NCBI GenBank assembly: GCA_040285825.1
Contig: JAUPSS010000004.1
Location: 3,935,784 to 3,999,783, forward strand
Length of the DNA stretch: 64,000 nt
Source: Eukaryota sp. TZLM1-RC
Taxonomy: Eukaryota > Protista > Metamonada: BaSk clade
Direction of reading: 5' to 3'
Below are positions 38,678 through 52,500 of this stretch, piece by piece. The stretch's first letter is position 1; each line of letters opens with the position of its first letter. Position numbers and translations under genes: made by a program. Below the pieces are notes generated by a model. It ran no database searches. It was not told the origin of the DNA and saw nothing but the letters and a program-made list of their open reading frames with translations.

Positions 38678-40538
38678 ACCTAATCACACCAATGACCATT
38701 CAACCAATCATACCAATGACTACTCAAATGACCATAGCACGGACTTTAACACCACAATTGTTATATTAATTGTCCCAAAATGGACTTTAAAGATTTGACC
38801 AATGATTGTAATAAACAACCATTGGTCAATATACGAAACTAGGAACTTCATATGAGCCTCAGTAAATCGTATCAAAAACGATACTCTTACACTTACAGCA
38901 ATGGTTTTATTAGTTTGCAACATTCAATTGTATACTTTTTGATTTTTTACTATTTTTACAATTTAATGTTTAAAAATTAATAAACTCAATTAATTCAAAT
39001 ATATACAAAATCAATTGAAAATGTAATCACGAGTTTGTACTGATCAAGTAACACATAGCCAACATTACTCACACACAATTTCACGCAAAGTTTGATCACA
39101 AGTTGATCACATCCAGTACATAAGGACTACATGCAACTCACCTAATCACACCAATGACCATTCAACCAATCATACCAATGACTAATCAAATGACCATAGC
39201 ACGGACTTTAACACCACAATTGTTATATTAATTGTCCCAAAATGGACTTTAAAGATTTGACCAATGATTGTAATAAACAACCATTGGTCAATATACGAAA
39301 CTAGGAACTTCATATGAGCCTCAGTAAATCGTATCAAAAACGATACTCTTACACTTACAGCAATGGTTTTATTAGTTTGCAACATTCAATTGTATACTTT
39401 TTGATTTTTTACTATTTTTTTACAATTTAATGTTTAAAAATTAATAAACTCAATTAATTCAAATATATACAAAATCAATTGAAAATGTAATCACGAGTTT
39501 GTACTGATCAAGTAACACATAGCCAACATTACTCACACACAATTTCACGCAAAGTTTGATCACAAGTTGATCACATCCAGTACATAAGGACTACATGCAA
39601 CTCACCTAATCACACCAATGACCATTCAACCAATCATACCAATGACTACTCAAATGACCATAGCACGGACGTTAACACCACAATTGTTATATTAATTGTC
39701 CCAAAATGGACTTTAAAGATTTGACCAATGATTGTAATAAACAACCATTGGTCAATATACGAAACTAGGAACTTCATATGAGCCTCAGTAAATCGTATCA
39801 AAAACGATACTCTTACACTTACAGCAATGGTTTTATTAGTTTGCAACATTCAATTGTATACTTTTTGATTTTTTACTATTTTTACAATTTAATGTTTAAA
39901 AATTAATAAACTCAATTAATTCAAATATATACAAAATCAATTGAAAATGTAATCATGAGTTTGTACTGATCAGGTAACACAGAACCAACATTACTCACAC
40001 ACAATTTCACACAAAGTTTGATCACAAGTTGATCACATCTAGTACATAAGGACTACATGCAACTCATCTAATCATACCAATGACCATTCAACCAATCATA
40101 CCAATGACTAATCAAATGACCATAGCACGGACTTTAACACCACAATTGTTATATTAATTGTCCCAAAATGGACTTTAAAGATTTGACCAATGATTGTAAT
40201 AAACAACCATTGGTCAATATACGAAACTAGGAACTTCATATGAGCCTCAGTAAATCGTATCAAAAACGATACTCTTACACTTACAGCAATGGTTTTATTA
40301 GTTTGCAACATTCAATTGTATACTTTTTGATTTTTTATTTAAAAATTAAATTTTTCAATTAAATGATAATAAAATAAGAATTATTTTAATGGATACAAAA
40401 TCAAATATAAATACAATTATAGTTAATATATCTCAAGTATAATTGTGTTGAAACAGTGAGGGTAAATGAGATGAATGATGTAGAAAATATTCACAGAAAA
40501 TTAACAAAATTTATTAGGCAAAATATAATACAAAAAAA

Positions 40539-43500
40539 TTATTTTTCAAGTAAATTTACTAGTTCAGTTGCTGTGTTGGCCAACTTGGAATCATCCGACA
40601 CCAAACACTCCCGTACAAGAGGCACAAATCCATTAGACTTGATCTCATTAGCAGCTATTTTAGAATCGCGGGCCAATTGAGCAAGACAATTTATAGTGTA
40701 AATTCTAGTATTTGAATCCACAGCTTGAGAACCCTTTTTCAATGCATTAAATCCTTCTTGATTGCGAAGGGATCCCCTACCAGATTCATCTAAACACATA
40801 TGAGAAACAACCCTTATTGCGTCACGGATAGCTTTTGGATCATCAAAACTAGGTGACAGAATGGCTCTGACTAGTTTAGAGACAATGTCAAATTCCGCTA
40901 GAATTCTTCTAGATTGTGTTGTACAAGAAATGTTACATAAACAAGATAAAGCATTTCGATGACACGTCATATCACTAGCACCAATCCAACGAACAACAGC
41001 TGCATGACCACTAACGCCAGCCAGTGCCTTCTCATTTTCAGGATCAAAGGTTAAGTTTGTCAAAGCACGGAGAGCATAACGTACAGTTTCAATATCAGAA
41101 GAGGTTAAAGACTTTGTTAATGATGAAAGAACTCCCAACTGTCGCAAGGCAGATTTGTTCTTGCTAGGAATGGAAAGATTAATCAAAGCACCAACAACCG
41201 AACGTTTGGTTTCCAAGTCATCTGTATTCAGAGCACTAACAACTACTCTTAACTGCTCTTTATCAAAGGACTTTCGCACATCAGCTGAAATTGAGAGGAC
41301 TGAAAGTGTTCTGGAAGCGTATCTCTGAATTTGAGGTTCCAAAGATGATGATAGCAGATCCAAAAGTAAAGATAATCCATTATTTTCAATGATTACCTCC
41401 TTATTTTTGTCATTAAACGCTAAATTGCGAATACACCTGGCAGAATCACGTTTGATTTTAACATCAGAGTGGTTCAAATGCTTCATTATCAAAGGAATTG
41501 CAGAAATACTTCTGAATTTTTCCTTATGTTGATCAGATATGGATAAATTACAACAAGTCGCCATTGCCCTTCTTTTAACTTCAACATCACTCGACATCAA
41601 ACATTCCAGTACAGTTCGGAGGCCGCCTAAGTGAATGACCTCTGCCTCAGCCTGTTCATCGAGAGTCAACACATAAAGAGCTTTAATGGCGGCACGTAAC
41701 TGAAATTCATTGGTTGACAACAACAATTTCAACACTGTTGGTATTGTATCAAGATCTCGTAGTAAAGGACGATTGCTTTCAGATGAAGCAAGATGAGCAA
41801 TACAAATCAAAAGAGAAGTTCTGATGTCACTATCTTCAGAGTTGAGATTTGAAACAATAGGACGAAGGCCCCCACAAGCTCGAAGGTCACCTTTAATTTT
41901 ATCCATTGGGCAAATATTTGAAAGAATTTCAGCAGAAAAAGCTTTTCTTTCATCATTGGTTGAAAGACATTCCAAAAGGACAGTCAAAAATGAAGATTCT
42001 GAAGCCAAAACTTCCCTGCCTTCAGAATTTTGACTCAAAACAGAAACCAAACCCAAAAGGGAAATCATAAAAGACTTAGAATCATTTTTACTTGGGTCAT
42101 TCGCAAATTTGATTAATACTTTTAAAACATTACAATTATGAATTTGCTTGATGGCTGATGTACTTCCTTTGCAAAGAGCAAACAAGAGCTTCAAAGCTTC
42201 ACATACAATGTCAGAGTCATATCCATTCAAAAATGAACATAGAGGACGAACTAAAGAAAAGCTTTGCATGACTGTAACTAATTCTTGGTCATCAGATATT
42301 GATGAAAGAGCTCTCAATGTGTACTTAATTAAATTACTGGACGTTTTAGAATTTAGCAGTGTTCCAACTAGAGTTTTGGGTAAAGGACTATTAACAATAG
42401 CTTTCTTAAAACCATCATCTGGAGCCAGATTGCAAACAACTCGTAAGCTATACAGCAATAAATCAGAGTCATCACATGCCATAACTCTGACAAGCTTGTC
42501 AATAATACCAAGTTGAATCAACTCTGGTTTGTTCTTATTGTTAAGTGCAATATTGATCATCGCACCCACAAGATTTTTCAAAACATCAGCATCAGATGAA
42601 CTTAAAGCATTAACCAAAACCTGTAAAAGATTCAAAACTCTAAACTCCACTCTGTTTTCGGAATTCATGGAGGCTAAAAGAATAATTCGTGAAACATAGC
42701 GTTCTAGTTCAGCGTCATTGACTTCTAATTGGTGACAAACAACACTAAGACCATTTTCCCTTCTAATTCCAATTTTGCCTTTATCCAAAAACATTACATT
42801 TCTCAAAGCCTTGGCCGCATTCCGTTTGACATCCACTGAATGATCCGCCAATAGCAAAAGTAAAGGTCTAATTATACCAAAATCAAGCAGAGTTTCAACT
42901 AAAGATTCACAAGCAGAAAGGAAACGAACAAAAGAAAGGGCAGGTCCTGTAACCTTAGAACTGGGTGCTTCCAAAAGTGATACAATAGTATTCAAGGCAC
43001 CCAACTTAGAGAATTCTTCAACGAAACCATCATCCTTTTTAAAAGAGTCCAGAATTAAAGCAACAAGACTCTGTACTTTAGTATTTGTCAAACTACCACA
43101 CGCAGCAATATATCGAAGTCCTTGTAATTTCCGAACAAGGTTGCGAGCTGGTAAAGAATCAGAAACCAGAGAATAAATTTCTTCAAGATATTTGGCAATT
43201 TCACTATTGTTGGCCAAATAGTCATTGTTATTTGACTTTTGAGTCACAGATCTAGCAAATTCTGCAACAAATGCCACCAACTCTTTGATTCGCCGTACAG
43301 TCAAGTCAAGCAGTTCAGACGCTTCAATAATGGCAGAGGAAGGACGTCCACGAGAGGTTGGACGGCCAGAAAAGGGTCTCCCAAGAGGCGGAGAAGGCTT
43401 TTGAGACGTGCTAACAGGGGTAGAGGACCTAGAAGTTAGCGGTGGAAGAGTAGCAGATTGATCCTGTATATGGAGTGTTGACTTTAATTTGGAGAGTTCC

Positions 43501-46500
43501 TCCTTTAGATGTTGAATCTTTGCCTCAGATTTCGATTTTAACTTGACATATTGTTCAGATTGTTGAAGAATATCCTGCTCAAGACGTTCAACTCGCTTAT
43601 TATAAGCACTTCTTTCAAGAGCCCGTTCCTCCTCAAATGCTCGCAAAAACTCTTGTTTAGTCTCTTCAACCACTTTCTCGGATTGTTCATCGCTAAATCT
43701 CATTTGTGCTTGTAATTCAGACTGTAATTCACGAATTTTTTTTCCAGCAATTTCCATATCTTGGGAACTTTGGCGCTCATACTCTGTTCTCAAGTTATTT
43801 ACTGTATTATCAAACTTTGACTGCAGAGATGAAAGCTCCTTGTTTAATCTGTGGTTTTCACTACGCATAAGGCTCAATTCTGAACTAATTCTGCTATTTT
43901 CTTCCACTAATTCAGAGTCAAGAGCACTTGTGTATTCCGACTGCTTTGCAAGTTCTAATTGCAACTCATGAATTTTTTCTGCCGCAGAATTTAATTCTTC
44001 CTGATAAGATAAAATTTTGCATGACAGCTTGTCAACCTCTATAACATGTTCCTCCCTGATCTTTCGAATTTGATGCTCATATTGCTTGTTCTTGCCTTCA
44101 CATTCTGATAATAAGGAGTGATATTGTTCACGGATGTTGGTATCATTGTCACTAACTGTTCCAGATGACACTTCGGCAGCTGATGGATTCTTGAGTGAAT
44201 GAATTTGGTCTAAAAGTACTTGTTGCTCCTTCTCAGCTTGGGTAATTTGCATTTGTAACTCTCTTTCAAGTAAGTGTGTCCTATTACAGGAAGAATCTAA
44301 TTGTTCAGTCAAATCATTAATTTTCGCTATATGTTCTTCCTTTTCTGCCTCCAATGAGACAATGCGTTGATCAGTGAAAGAAGAATTAGTTAAGGCTTGC
44401 AAGTTGTCCGATAGTAGTGAGATTTGTGATTCCAATACTGAGATTTTAGACAATAAATCATCCTTTTCTTGTTCGTTTTGCCTAGTTTGTGCATCCAATT
44501 CTGCTTGTAGAATAGTCGCCCGACTCACAGCAGCATCTAATTGTTCATGCAATTCAGAAAGTTTATCAGTACTTTCTGTATGTTCAACAACTTCTTCAGG
44601 CTTTGATGTGGTTAATCCAAAATTGATAGCTTCAAGTTCAGCAAGCTTTGCTCTGGTTTGATTAAGCACAGACTGTTCTTTTTCTTGCAAGAGACTGGCT
44701 TGCTCCAACTCTTTCTGCAATATCTGAACCTTCGCAACACCTTCAGCTTCACGGGAACTCATTTCATCTAGCTGTTGATTCAACAAAGCTATTTGAGTTT
44801 GTAGAGAAGATTGTATTTCATCCAATTCCTTAGCCTTAAGTGAATTAATTTGAAAAATTTCGTTTGAATGTTCCATTCTCAATTGCTTTATCTCTTCCTC
44901 AAGGTTTGAAATTTCAGAGTCCTTTGAACGCAGAGTTGCTTCAAATTTGGGTGAATCATTATTGAATTGAGAAAATTTAAGCAATTCAGATTCCAAAACA
45001 TTGATCTTTTGAACACCTTCAGATTCACGTTGAGAAAGTTCGTCAAGATTTGATCGTAATTCATTGAGCTTTTGTTCATAAGAAGTCTTGAGTTGAGAAA
45101 TTTCATCTTGTTTACGTTCTTCTAAATCAGAAATTTCAGCTAATCGTTGGTTGATGTTTTCTTCATTTGTCCTTGACAGCGTCATTTCATTCGACTCCTT
45201 TTCTAGTAGCAGTGATTGTAAAGCATCTTCTTTCTGCTGTAGTCTTTCCACAGTTGAAACAGTAGCATTTAATTCAGATTCTAAAATAGAAATTCTATCT
45301 TTTCCAGCACACAACTGTTGATCTGATTCCTGTTTAGCACTACGGATTTGATCCAAAAGCAAAGTTAACTCATTTACCTTTGTCTCCAAACACCTCTTTT
45401 CTGACAAATACAACTCAGAAGTCTCTTCAGCAGAAGCTAAAGAATTGGCCAAAGCAGCACTATGTTTACGGAAATAGTTTAGTTCTTGTTGGGTACTGCG
45501 AAGTGCTTTTTGAGCATTAATTAATGCTTCATTGTCCTTTTTCATTGATTCAGCATGAACTAATAATTCAGATTCTAAAACGTTAATCTTTTGAACACCT
45601 TGAGATTCACGTTGAGAAAGTTCGTCAAGATTTGACCGTAATTCATTGAGCTTTTGTTCATAGGAAGTCTTGAGTTGAGAAATTTCAACCGCCTTTATAT
45701 TCTTTAATTGATGTAATTCCTGTAGTTTCTGTGTTTCTAATTTTCTAATCTCATCTTCTAGTGCGAACGCACAAGAACGTGCCTCGGTTTCCTTGGCCTG
45801 TAATGCAGCATGAAGATCAGCATCTTCACGTTGAAGTTCATCAACTGAAGCTTTTGAAGACTGCAATTCAGCTTCCAATTGCTTAAGCTTCGCTTCTCGT
45901 TGGCTTAATTCTTCACACGTAGCAGTACCTTCATCACGAGCTCTTTGGAGTTCAGAGGAAAGGGCTTCTACACGTCCTTGTAGTTGATCTTGATGAGCTT
46001 GAGCTGCTCGTAATTGTTGATTAGCATTTGACAATTGAGTCTTTAAGGATTCTGCTTCTGATTTATAAATACCAAGTTGATTTCTAGTATCTTCAAGTGC
46101 TTTTTGAGCATTAATTAAGGCTTCATTGTCCTTCTTCATTGATTCAGCATGGACTAATAATTCAGATTGAAGTGCACTAATCTTTTGAACACCTTCAGAT
46201 TCACGTTGAGAAAGTTCGTCAAGATTTGATCGTAATTCATTGAGCTTTTGTTCATAAGAAGTCTTGAGTTGAGAAATTTCATCTTGTTTACGTTCTTCTA
46301 AATCAGAAATTTCAGCTATTCGTTGCTGATGGAGTGCACTGATCTCTTCTTCTAATTTCTTACTATAGGCCGAAATTTCAGTTTCCTTGGCCTGTAATGC
46401 AGCATGAAGATCAGCATCTTCACGTTGAAGTTCATCAACTGAAGCTTTTGAAGACTGCAATTCAGCTTCCAATTCCTTAAGCTTAGCTTCTCGTTGGCTT

Positions 46501-49500
46501 AATTCTTCACACGTAGCAGTACCTTCATCACGAGCTCTTTGGAGTTCAGAGGAAAGGGCTTCTACACGTCCTTGTAGTTGATCTTGATGAGCTTGAGCTG
46601 CTCGTAAATGTTGATTAGCATTTGACAATTGAGTCTTTAAGGATTCTGCTTCTGATTTATAAATACCAAGTTGATTTCTAGTATCTTCAAGTGCTTTTTG
46701 AGCATTAATTAAGGCTTCATTGTCCTTCTTCATTGATTCAGCATGGACTAATAATTCAGATTGAAGTGCACTGATCTTTTGAACACCTTCAGATTCACGT
46801 TGAGAAAGTTCGTCAAGATTTGATCGTAATTCATTGAGCTTTTGTTCATAAGAAGTCTTGAGTTGATAAATTTCATCTTGTTTACGTTCTTCTAAATCAG
46901 AAATTTCAGCTAAACGTTGCTGATGAAGTGCACTGATCTCTTCTTCCAATTTCTTACTATAAGCCGAAATTTCAGTTTCCTTGGCCTGTAATGCAGCATG
47001 AAGATCAGCATCTTCACGTTGAAGTTCATCAACTGAAGCTTTTGAAGACTGCAATTCAGCTTCCAATTCCTTAAGCTTAGCTTCTCGTTGGCTTAATTCT
47101 TCACACGTAGCAGTACCTTCATCACGAGCTCTTTGGAGTTCAGAGGAAAGGGCTTCTACACGTCCTTGTAGTTGATCTTGATGAGCTTGAGCTGCTCGTA
47201 AATGTTGATTAGCATTTGACAATTGAGTCTTTAAGGATTCTGCTTCTGATTTATAAATACCAAGTTGATTTCTAGTATCTTCAAGTGCTTTTTGAGCATT
47301 AATTAAGGCTTCATTGTCCTTCTTCATTGATTCAGTATGGACTAATAATTCAGATTGAAGTGCACTAATCTTTTGAACACCTTCAGATTCACGTTGAGAA
47401 AGTTCGTCAAGATTTGATCGTAATTCATTGAGCTTTTGTTCATAAGAAGTCTTGAGTTGAGAAATTTCACCTTGTTTACGTTCTTCTAAATCAGAAATTT
47501 CAGCTAATCGTTGCTGATGAAGTGCACTGATCTCTTCTTCTAATTTTTTACTATAGGCCGAAATTTCAGTTTCCTTGGCCTGTAATGCAGCATGAAGATC
47601 AGCATCTTCACGTTGAAGTTCATCAACTGAAGCTTTTGAAGACTGCAATTCAGCTTCCAATTCCTTAAGCTTAGCTTCTCGTTGGCTTAATTCTTCACAC
47701 GTAGCAGTACCTTCATCACGAGCTCTTTGGAGTTCAGAGGAAAGGGCTTCTACACGTCCTTGTAGTTGATCTTGATGAGCTTGAGCTGCTCGTAATTGTT
47801 GATTAGCATTTGACAATTGAGTCTTTAAGGATTCTGCTTCTGATTTATAAATACCAAGTTGATTTCTAGTATCTTCAAGTGCTTTTTGAGCATTAATTAA
47901 GGCTTCATTGTCCTTCTTCATTGATTCAGTATGGACTAATAATTCAGATTGAAGTGCACTAATCTTTTGAACACCTTCAGATTCACGTTGAGAAAGTTCG
48001 TCAAGATTTGATCGTAATTCATTGAGCTTTTGTTCATAAGAAGTCTTGAGTTGAGAAATTTCATCTTGTTTACGTTCTTCTAAATCAGAAATTTCAGCTA
48101 ATCGTTGCTGATGAAGTGCACTGATCTCTTCTTCTAATTTCTTACTATAGGCCGAAATTTCAGTTTCCTTGGCCTGTAATGCAGCATGAAGATCAGCATC
48201 TTCACGTTGAAGTTCATCAACTGAAGCTTTTGAAGACTGCAATTCAGCTTCCAATTGCTTAAGCTTAGCTTCTCGTTGGCTTAATTCTTCACACGTAGCA
48301 GTACCTTCATCACGAGCTCTTTGGAGTTCAGAGGAAAGGGCTTCTACACGTCCTTGTAGTTGATCTTGATGAGCTTGAGCTGCTCGTAATTGTTGATTAG
48401 CATTTGACAATTGAGTCTTTAAGGATTCTGCTTCTGATTTATAAATACCAAGTTGATTTCTAGTATCTTCAAGTGCTTTTTGAGCATTAATTAAGGCTTC
48501 ATTGTCCTTCTTCATTGATTCAGCATGGACTAATAATTCAGATTGAAGTGCACTAATCTTTTGAACACCTTCAGATTCACGTTGAGAAAGTTCGTCAAGA
48601 TTTGATCGTAATTCATTGAGCTTTTGTTCATAAGAAGTCTTGAGTTGAGAAATTTCATCTTGTTTACGTTCTTCTAAATCAGAAATTTCAGCTAATCGTT
48701 GCTGATGAAGTGCACTGATCTCTTCTTCTAATTTCCTACTATAGGCCAAAATTTCAGTTTCCTTGGCCTGTAATGCAGCATGAAGATCAGCATCTTCACG
48801 TTGAAGTTCATCAACTGAAGCTTTTGAAGACTGCAATTCAGCTTCCAATTCCTTAAGCTTAGCTTCTCGTTGGCTTAATTCTTCACACGTAGCAGTACCT
48901 TCATCACGAGCTCTTTGGAGTTCAGAGGAAAGGGCTTCTACACGTCCTTGTAGTTGATCTTGATGAGCTTGAGCTGCTCGTAATTGTTGATTAGCATTTG
49001 ACAATTGAGTCTTTAAGGATTCTGCTTCTGATTTATAAATACCAAGTTGATTTCTAGTATCTTCAAGTGCTTTTTGAGCATTAATTAAGGCTTCATTGTC
49101 CTTCTTCATTGATTCAGTATGGACTAATAATTCAGATTGAAGTGCACTAATCTTTTGAACACCTTCAGATTCACGTTGAGAAAGTTCGTCAAGATTTGAT
49201 CGTAATTCATTGAGCTTTTGTTCATAAGAAGTCTTGAGTTGAGAAATTTCACCTTGTTTACGTTCTTCTAAATCAGAAATTTCAGCTAATCGTTGCTGAT
49301 GAAGTGCACTGATCTCTTCTTCTAATTTCTTACTATAGGCCGAAATTTCAGTTTCCTTGGCCTGTAATGCAGCATGAAGATCAGCATCTTCACGTTGAAG
49401 TTCATCAACTGAAGCTTTTGAAGACTGCAATTCAGCTTCCAATTCCTTAAGCTTAACTTCCCGTTGGCTTAATTCTTCACACGTAGCAGTACCTTCATCA

Positions 49501-52500
49501 CGAGCTCTTTGGAGTTCAGAGGAAAGGGCTCCTACACGTCCTTGTAGTTGATCTTGATGAGCTTGAGCTGCTCGTAATTGTTGATTAGCATTGGACAATT
49601 GAGTCTTTAAGGATTCTGCTTCTGATTTATAAATACCAAGTTGATTTCTTGTATCTTCAAGTGCTTTTTGAGCATTAATTAAGGCTTCATTGTCCTTCTT
49701 CATTGATTCAGTATGGACTAATAATTCAGATTGAAGTGCACTAATCTTTTGAACACCTTCAGATTCACGTTGAGAAAGTTCGTCAAGATTTGATCGTAAT
49801 TCATTGAGCTTTTGTTCATAAGAAGTCTTGAGTTGAGAAATTTCATCTTGTTTACGTTCTTCTAAATCAGAAATTTCAGCTAATCGTTGCTGATGAAGTG
49901 CACTGATCTCTTCTTCTAATTTTTTACTATAGGCCGAAATTTCAGTTTCCTTGGCCTGTAATGCAGCATGAAGATCAGCATCTTCACGTTGAAGTTCATC
50001 AACTGAAGCTTTTGAAGACTGTAATTCAGCTTCCAATTCCTTAAGCTTAGCTTCCCGTTGGCTTAATTCTTCACACGTAGCAGTACCTTCATCACGAGCT
50101 CTTTGGAGTTCAGAGGAAAGGGCTTCTACACGTCCTTGTAGTTGATCTTGATGAGCTTGAGCTGCTCGTAATTGTTGATTAGCATTTGACAATTGAGTCT
50201 TTAAGGATTCTGCTTCTGATTTATAAATACCAAGTTGATTTCTAGTATCTTCAAGTGCTTTTTGAGCATTAATTAAGGCTTCATTGTCCTTCTTCATTGA
50301 TTCAGTATGGACTAATAATTCAGATTGAAGTGCACTAATCTTTTGAACACCTTCAGATTCACGTTGAGAAAGTTCGTCAAGATTTGATCGTAATTCGAAA
50401 TCATATTTTGTTCATAAGAAGTCTTGAGTTGAGAAATTTCACCTTGTTTACGTTCTTCTAAATCAGAAATTTCAGCTAATCGTTGCTGATGAAGTGCACT
50501 GATCTCTTCTTCTAATTTTTTACTATAGGCCGAAATTTCAGTTTCCTTGGCCTGTAATGCAGCATAAAGATCAGCATCTTCACGTTGAAGTTCATCAACT
50601 GAAGCTTTTGAAGACTGCAATTCAGCTTCCAATTCCTTAAGCTTAGCTTCTCGTTGGCTTAATTCTTCACACGTAGCAGTACCTTCATCACGAGCTCTTT
50701 GGAGTTCAGAGGAAAGGGCTTCTACACGTCCTTGTAGTTGATCTTGATGAGCTTGAGCTGCTCGTAATTGTTGATTAGCATTTGACAATTGAGTCTTTAA
50801 GGATTCTGCTTCTGATTTATAAATACCAAGTTGATTTCTAGTATCTTCAAGTGCTTTTTGAGCATTAATTAAGGCTTCATTGTCCTTCTTCATTGATTCA
50901 GTATGGACTAATAATTCAGATTGAAGTGCACTAATCTTTTGAACACCTTCAGATTCACGTTGAGAAAGTTCGTCAAGATTTGATCGTAATTCGAAATCAT
51001 AGAGCTTCGTTGTTCAAGTAGAAACTTTCACGATGCATATTTTCTTCTAAATCAGAAATTTCAGCTAATCGTTGCTGATGAAGTGCACTGATCTCTTCTT
51101 CTAATTTCTTACTATAGGCCGAAATTTCAGTTTCCTTGGCCTGTAATGCAGCATGAAGATCAGCATCTTCACGTTGAAGTTCATCAACTGAAGCTTTTGA
51201 AGACTGCAATTCAGCTTCCAATTCCTTAAGCTTAGCTTCTCGTTGGCTTAATTCTTCACACGTAGCAGTACCTTCATCACGAGCTCTTTGGAGTTCAGAG
51301 GAAAGGGCTTCTACACGTCCTTGTAGTTGATCTTGATGAGCTTGAGCTGCTCGTAATTGCTGATTAGCATTTGACAATTGAGTCTTTAAGGATTCTGCTT
51401 CTGATTTATACATACCAAGTTGATTTCTAGTATCTTCAAGTGCTTTTTGAGCATTAATTAAGGCTTCATTGTCCTTCTTCATTGATTCAGTATGGACTAA
51501 TAATTCAGATTGAAGTGCACTAATCTTTTGAACACCTTCAGATTCACGTTGAGAAAGTTCGTCAAGATTTGATCGTAATTCGAAATCATGAGCTCGTATC
51601 GTTGTTCAAGAGAAGAAACTTCGCGATGCATATTTTCTTCTAAATCAGAAATTTCAGCTAATCGTTGCTGATGAAGTGCACTGATCTCTTCTTCTAATTT
51701 TTTACTATAAGCCGAAATTTCAGTTTCCTTGGCCTGTAATGCAGCATAAAGATCAGCATCTTCACGTTGAAGTTCATCAACTGAAGCTTTTGAAGACTGC
51801 AATTCAGCTTCCAATTCCTTAAGCTTAGCTTCTCGTTGGCTTAATTCTTCACACGTAGCAGTACCTTCATCACGAGCTCTTTGGAGTTCAGAGGAAAGGG
51901 CTTCTACACGTCCTTGTAGTTGATCTTGATGAGCTTGAGCTGCTCGTAATTGTTGATTAGCATTTGACAATTGAGTCTTTAAGGATTCTGCTTCTGATTT
52001 ATACATATCAAGTTGATTTCTAGTATTTTCAAGTGCTTTTTGAGCATTAATTAAGGCTTCATTGTCCTTCTTCATTGATTCAGTATGGACTAATAATTCA
52101 GATTGAAGTGCACTAATCTTTTGAACACCTTCAGATTCACGTTGAGAAAGTTCGTCAAGATTTGATCGTAATTCGGAAATCATAGACTCGTATCGTTGTT
52201 CAAGAGAAGAAACTTCACGATGCATATTTTCTTCTAAATCAGAAATTTCAGCTAATCGTTGCTGATGAAGTGCACTGATCTCTTCTTCTAATTTTTTACT
52301 ATAGGCTGAAATTTCAGTTTCCTTGGCCTGTAATGCAGCATGAAGATCAGCATCCTCACGTTGAAGTTCATCAACTGAAGCTTTTGAAGACTGCAATTCA
52401 GCTTCCAATTCCTTAAGCTTAGCTTCTCGTTGGCTTAATTCTTCACACGTAGCAGTACCTTCATCACGAGCTCTTTGGAGTTCAGAGGAAAGGGCTTCTA

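Larger units (their letters stand above)
22113..40336. repeat. Tandem array of ~37 units of ~462 bp (458 bp and ~695 bp variants)
   Basis: tagcacggactttaacaccac and other blocks recur every 458-463 bp; units are highly similar. Confidence 0.98.

Noticed and set aside
24632-40311. Repeated 67 aa ORF MLQTNKTIAV...
   Set aside because: By-product of the satellite. Many units have a stop at codon 3 or a frameshift, and there is no recognisable domain.
22113-40336. CRISPR-like array
   Set aside because: No unique spacers; the only inserts are five copies of one sequence.
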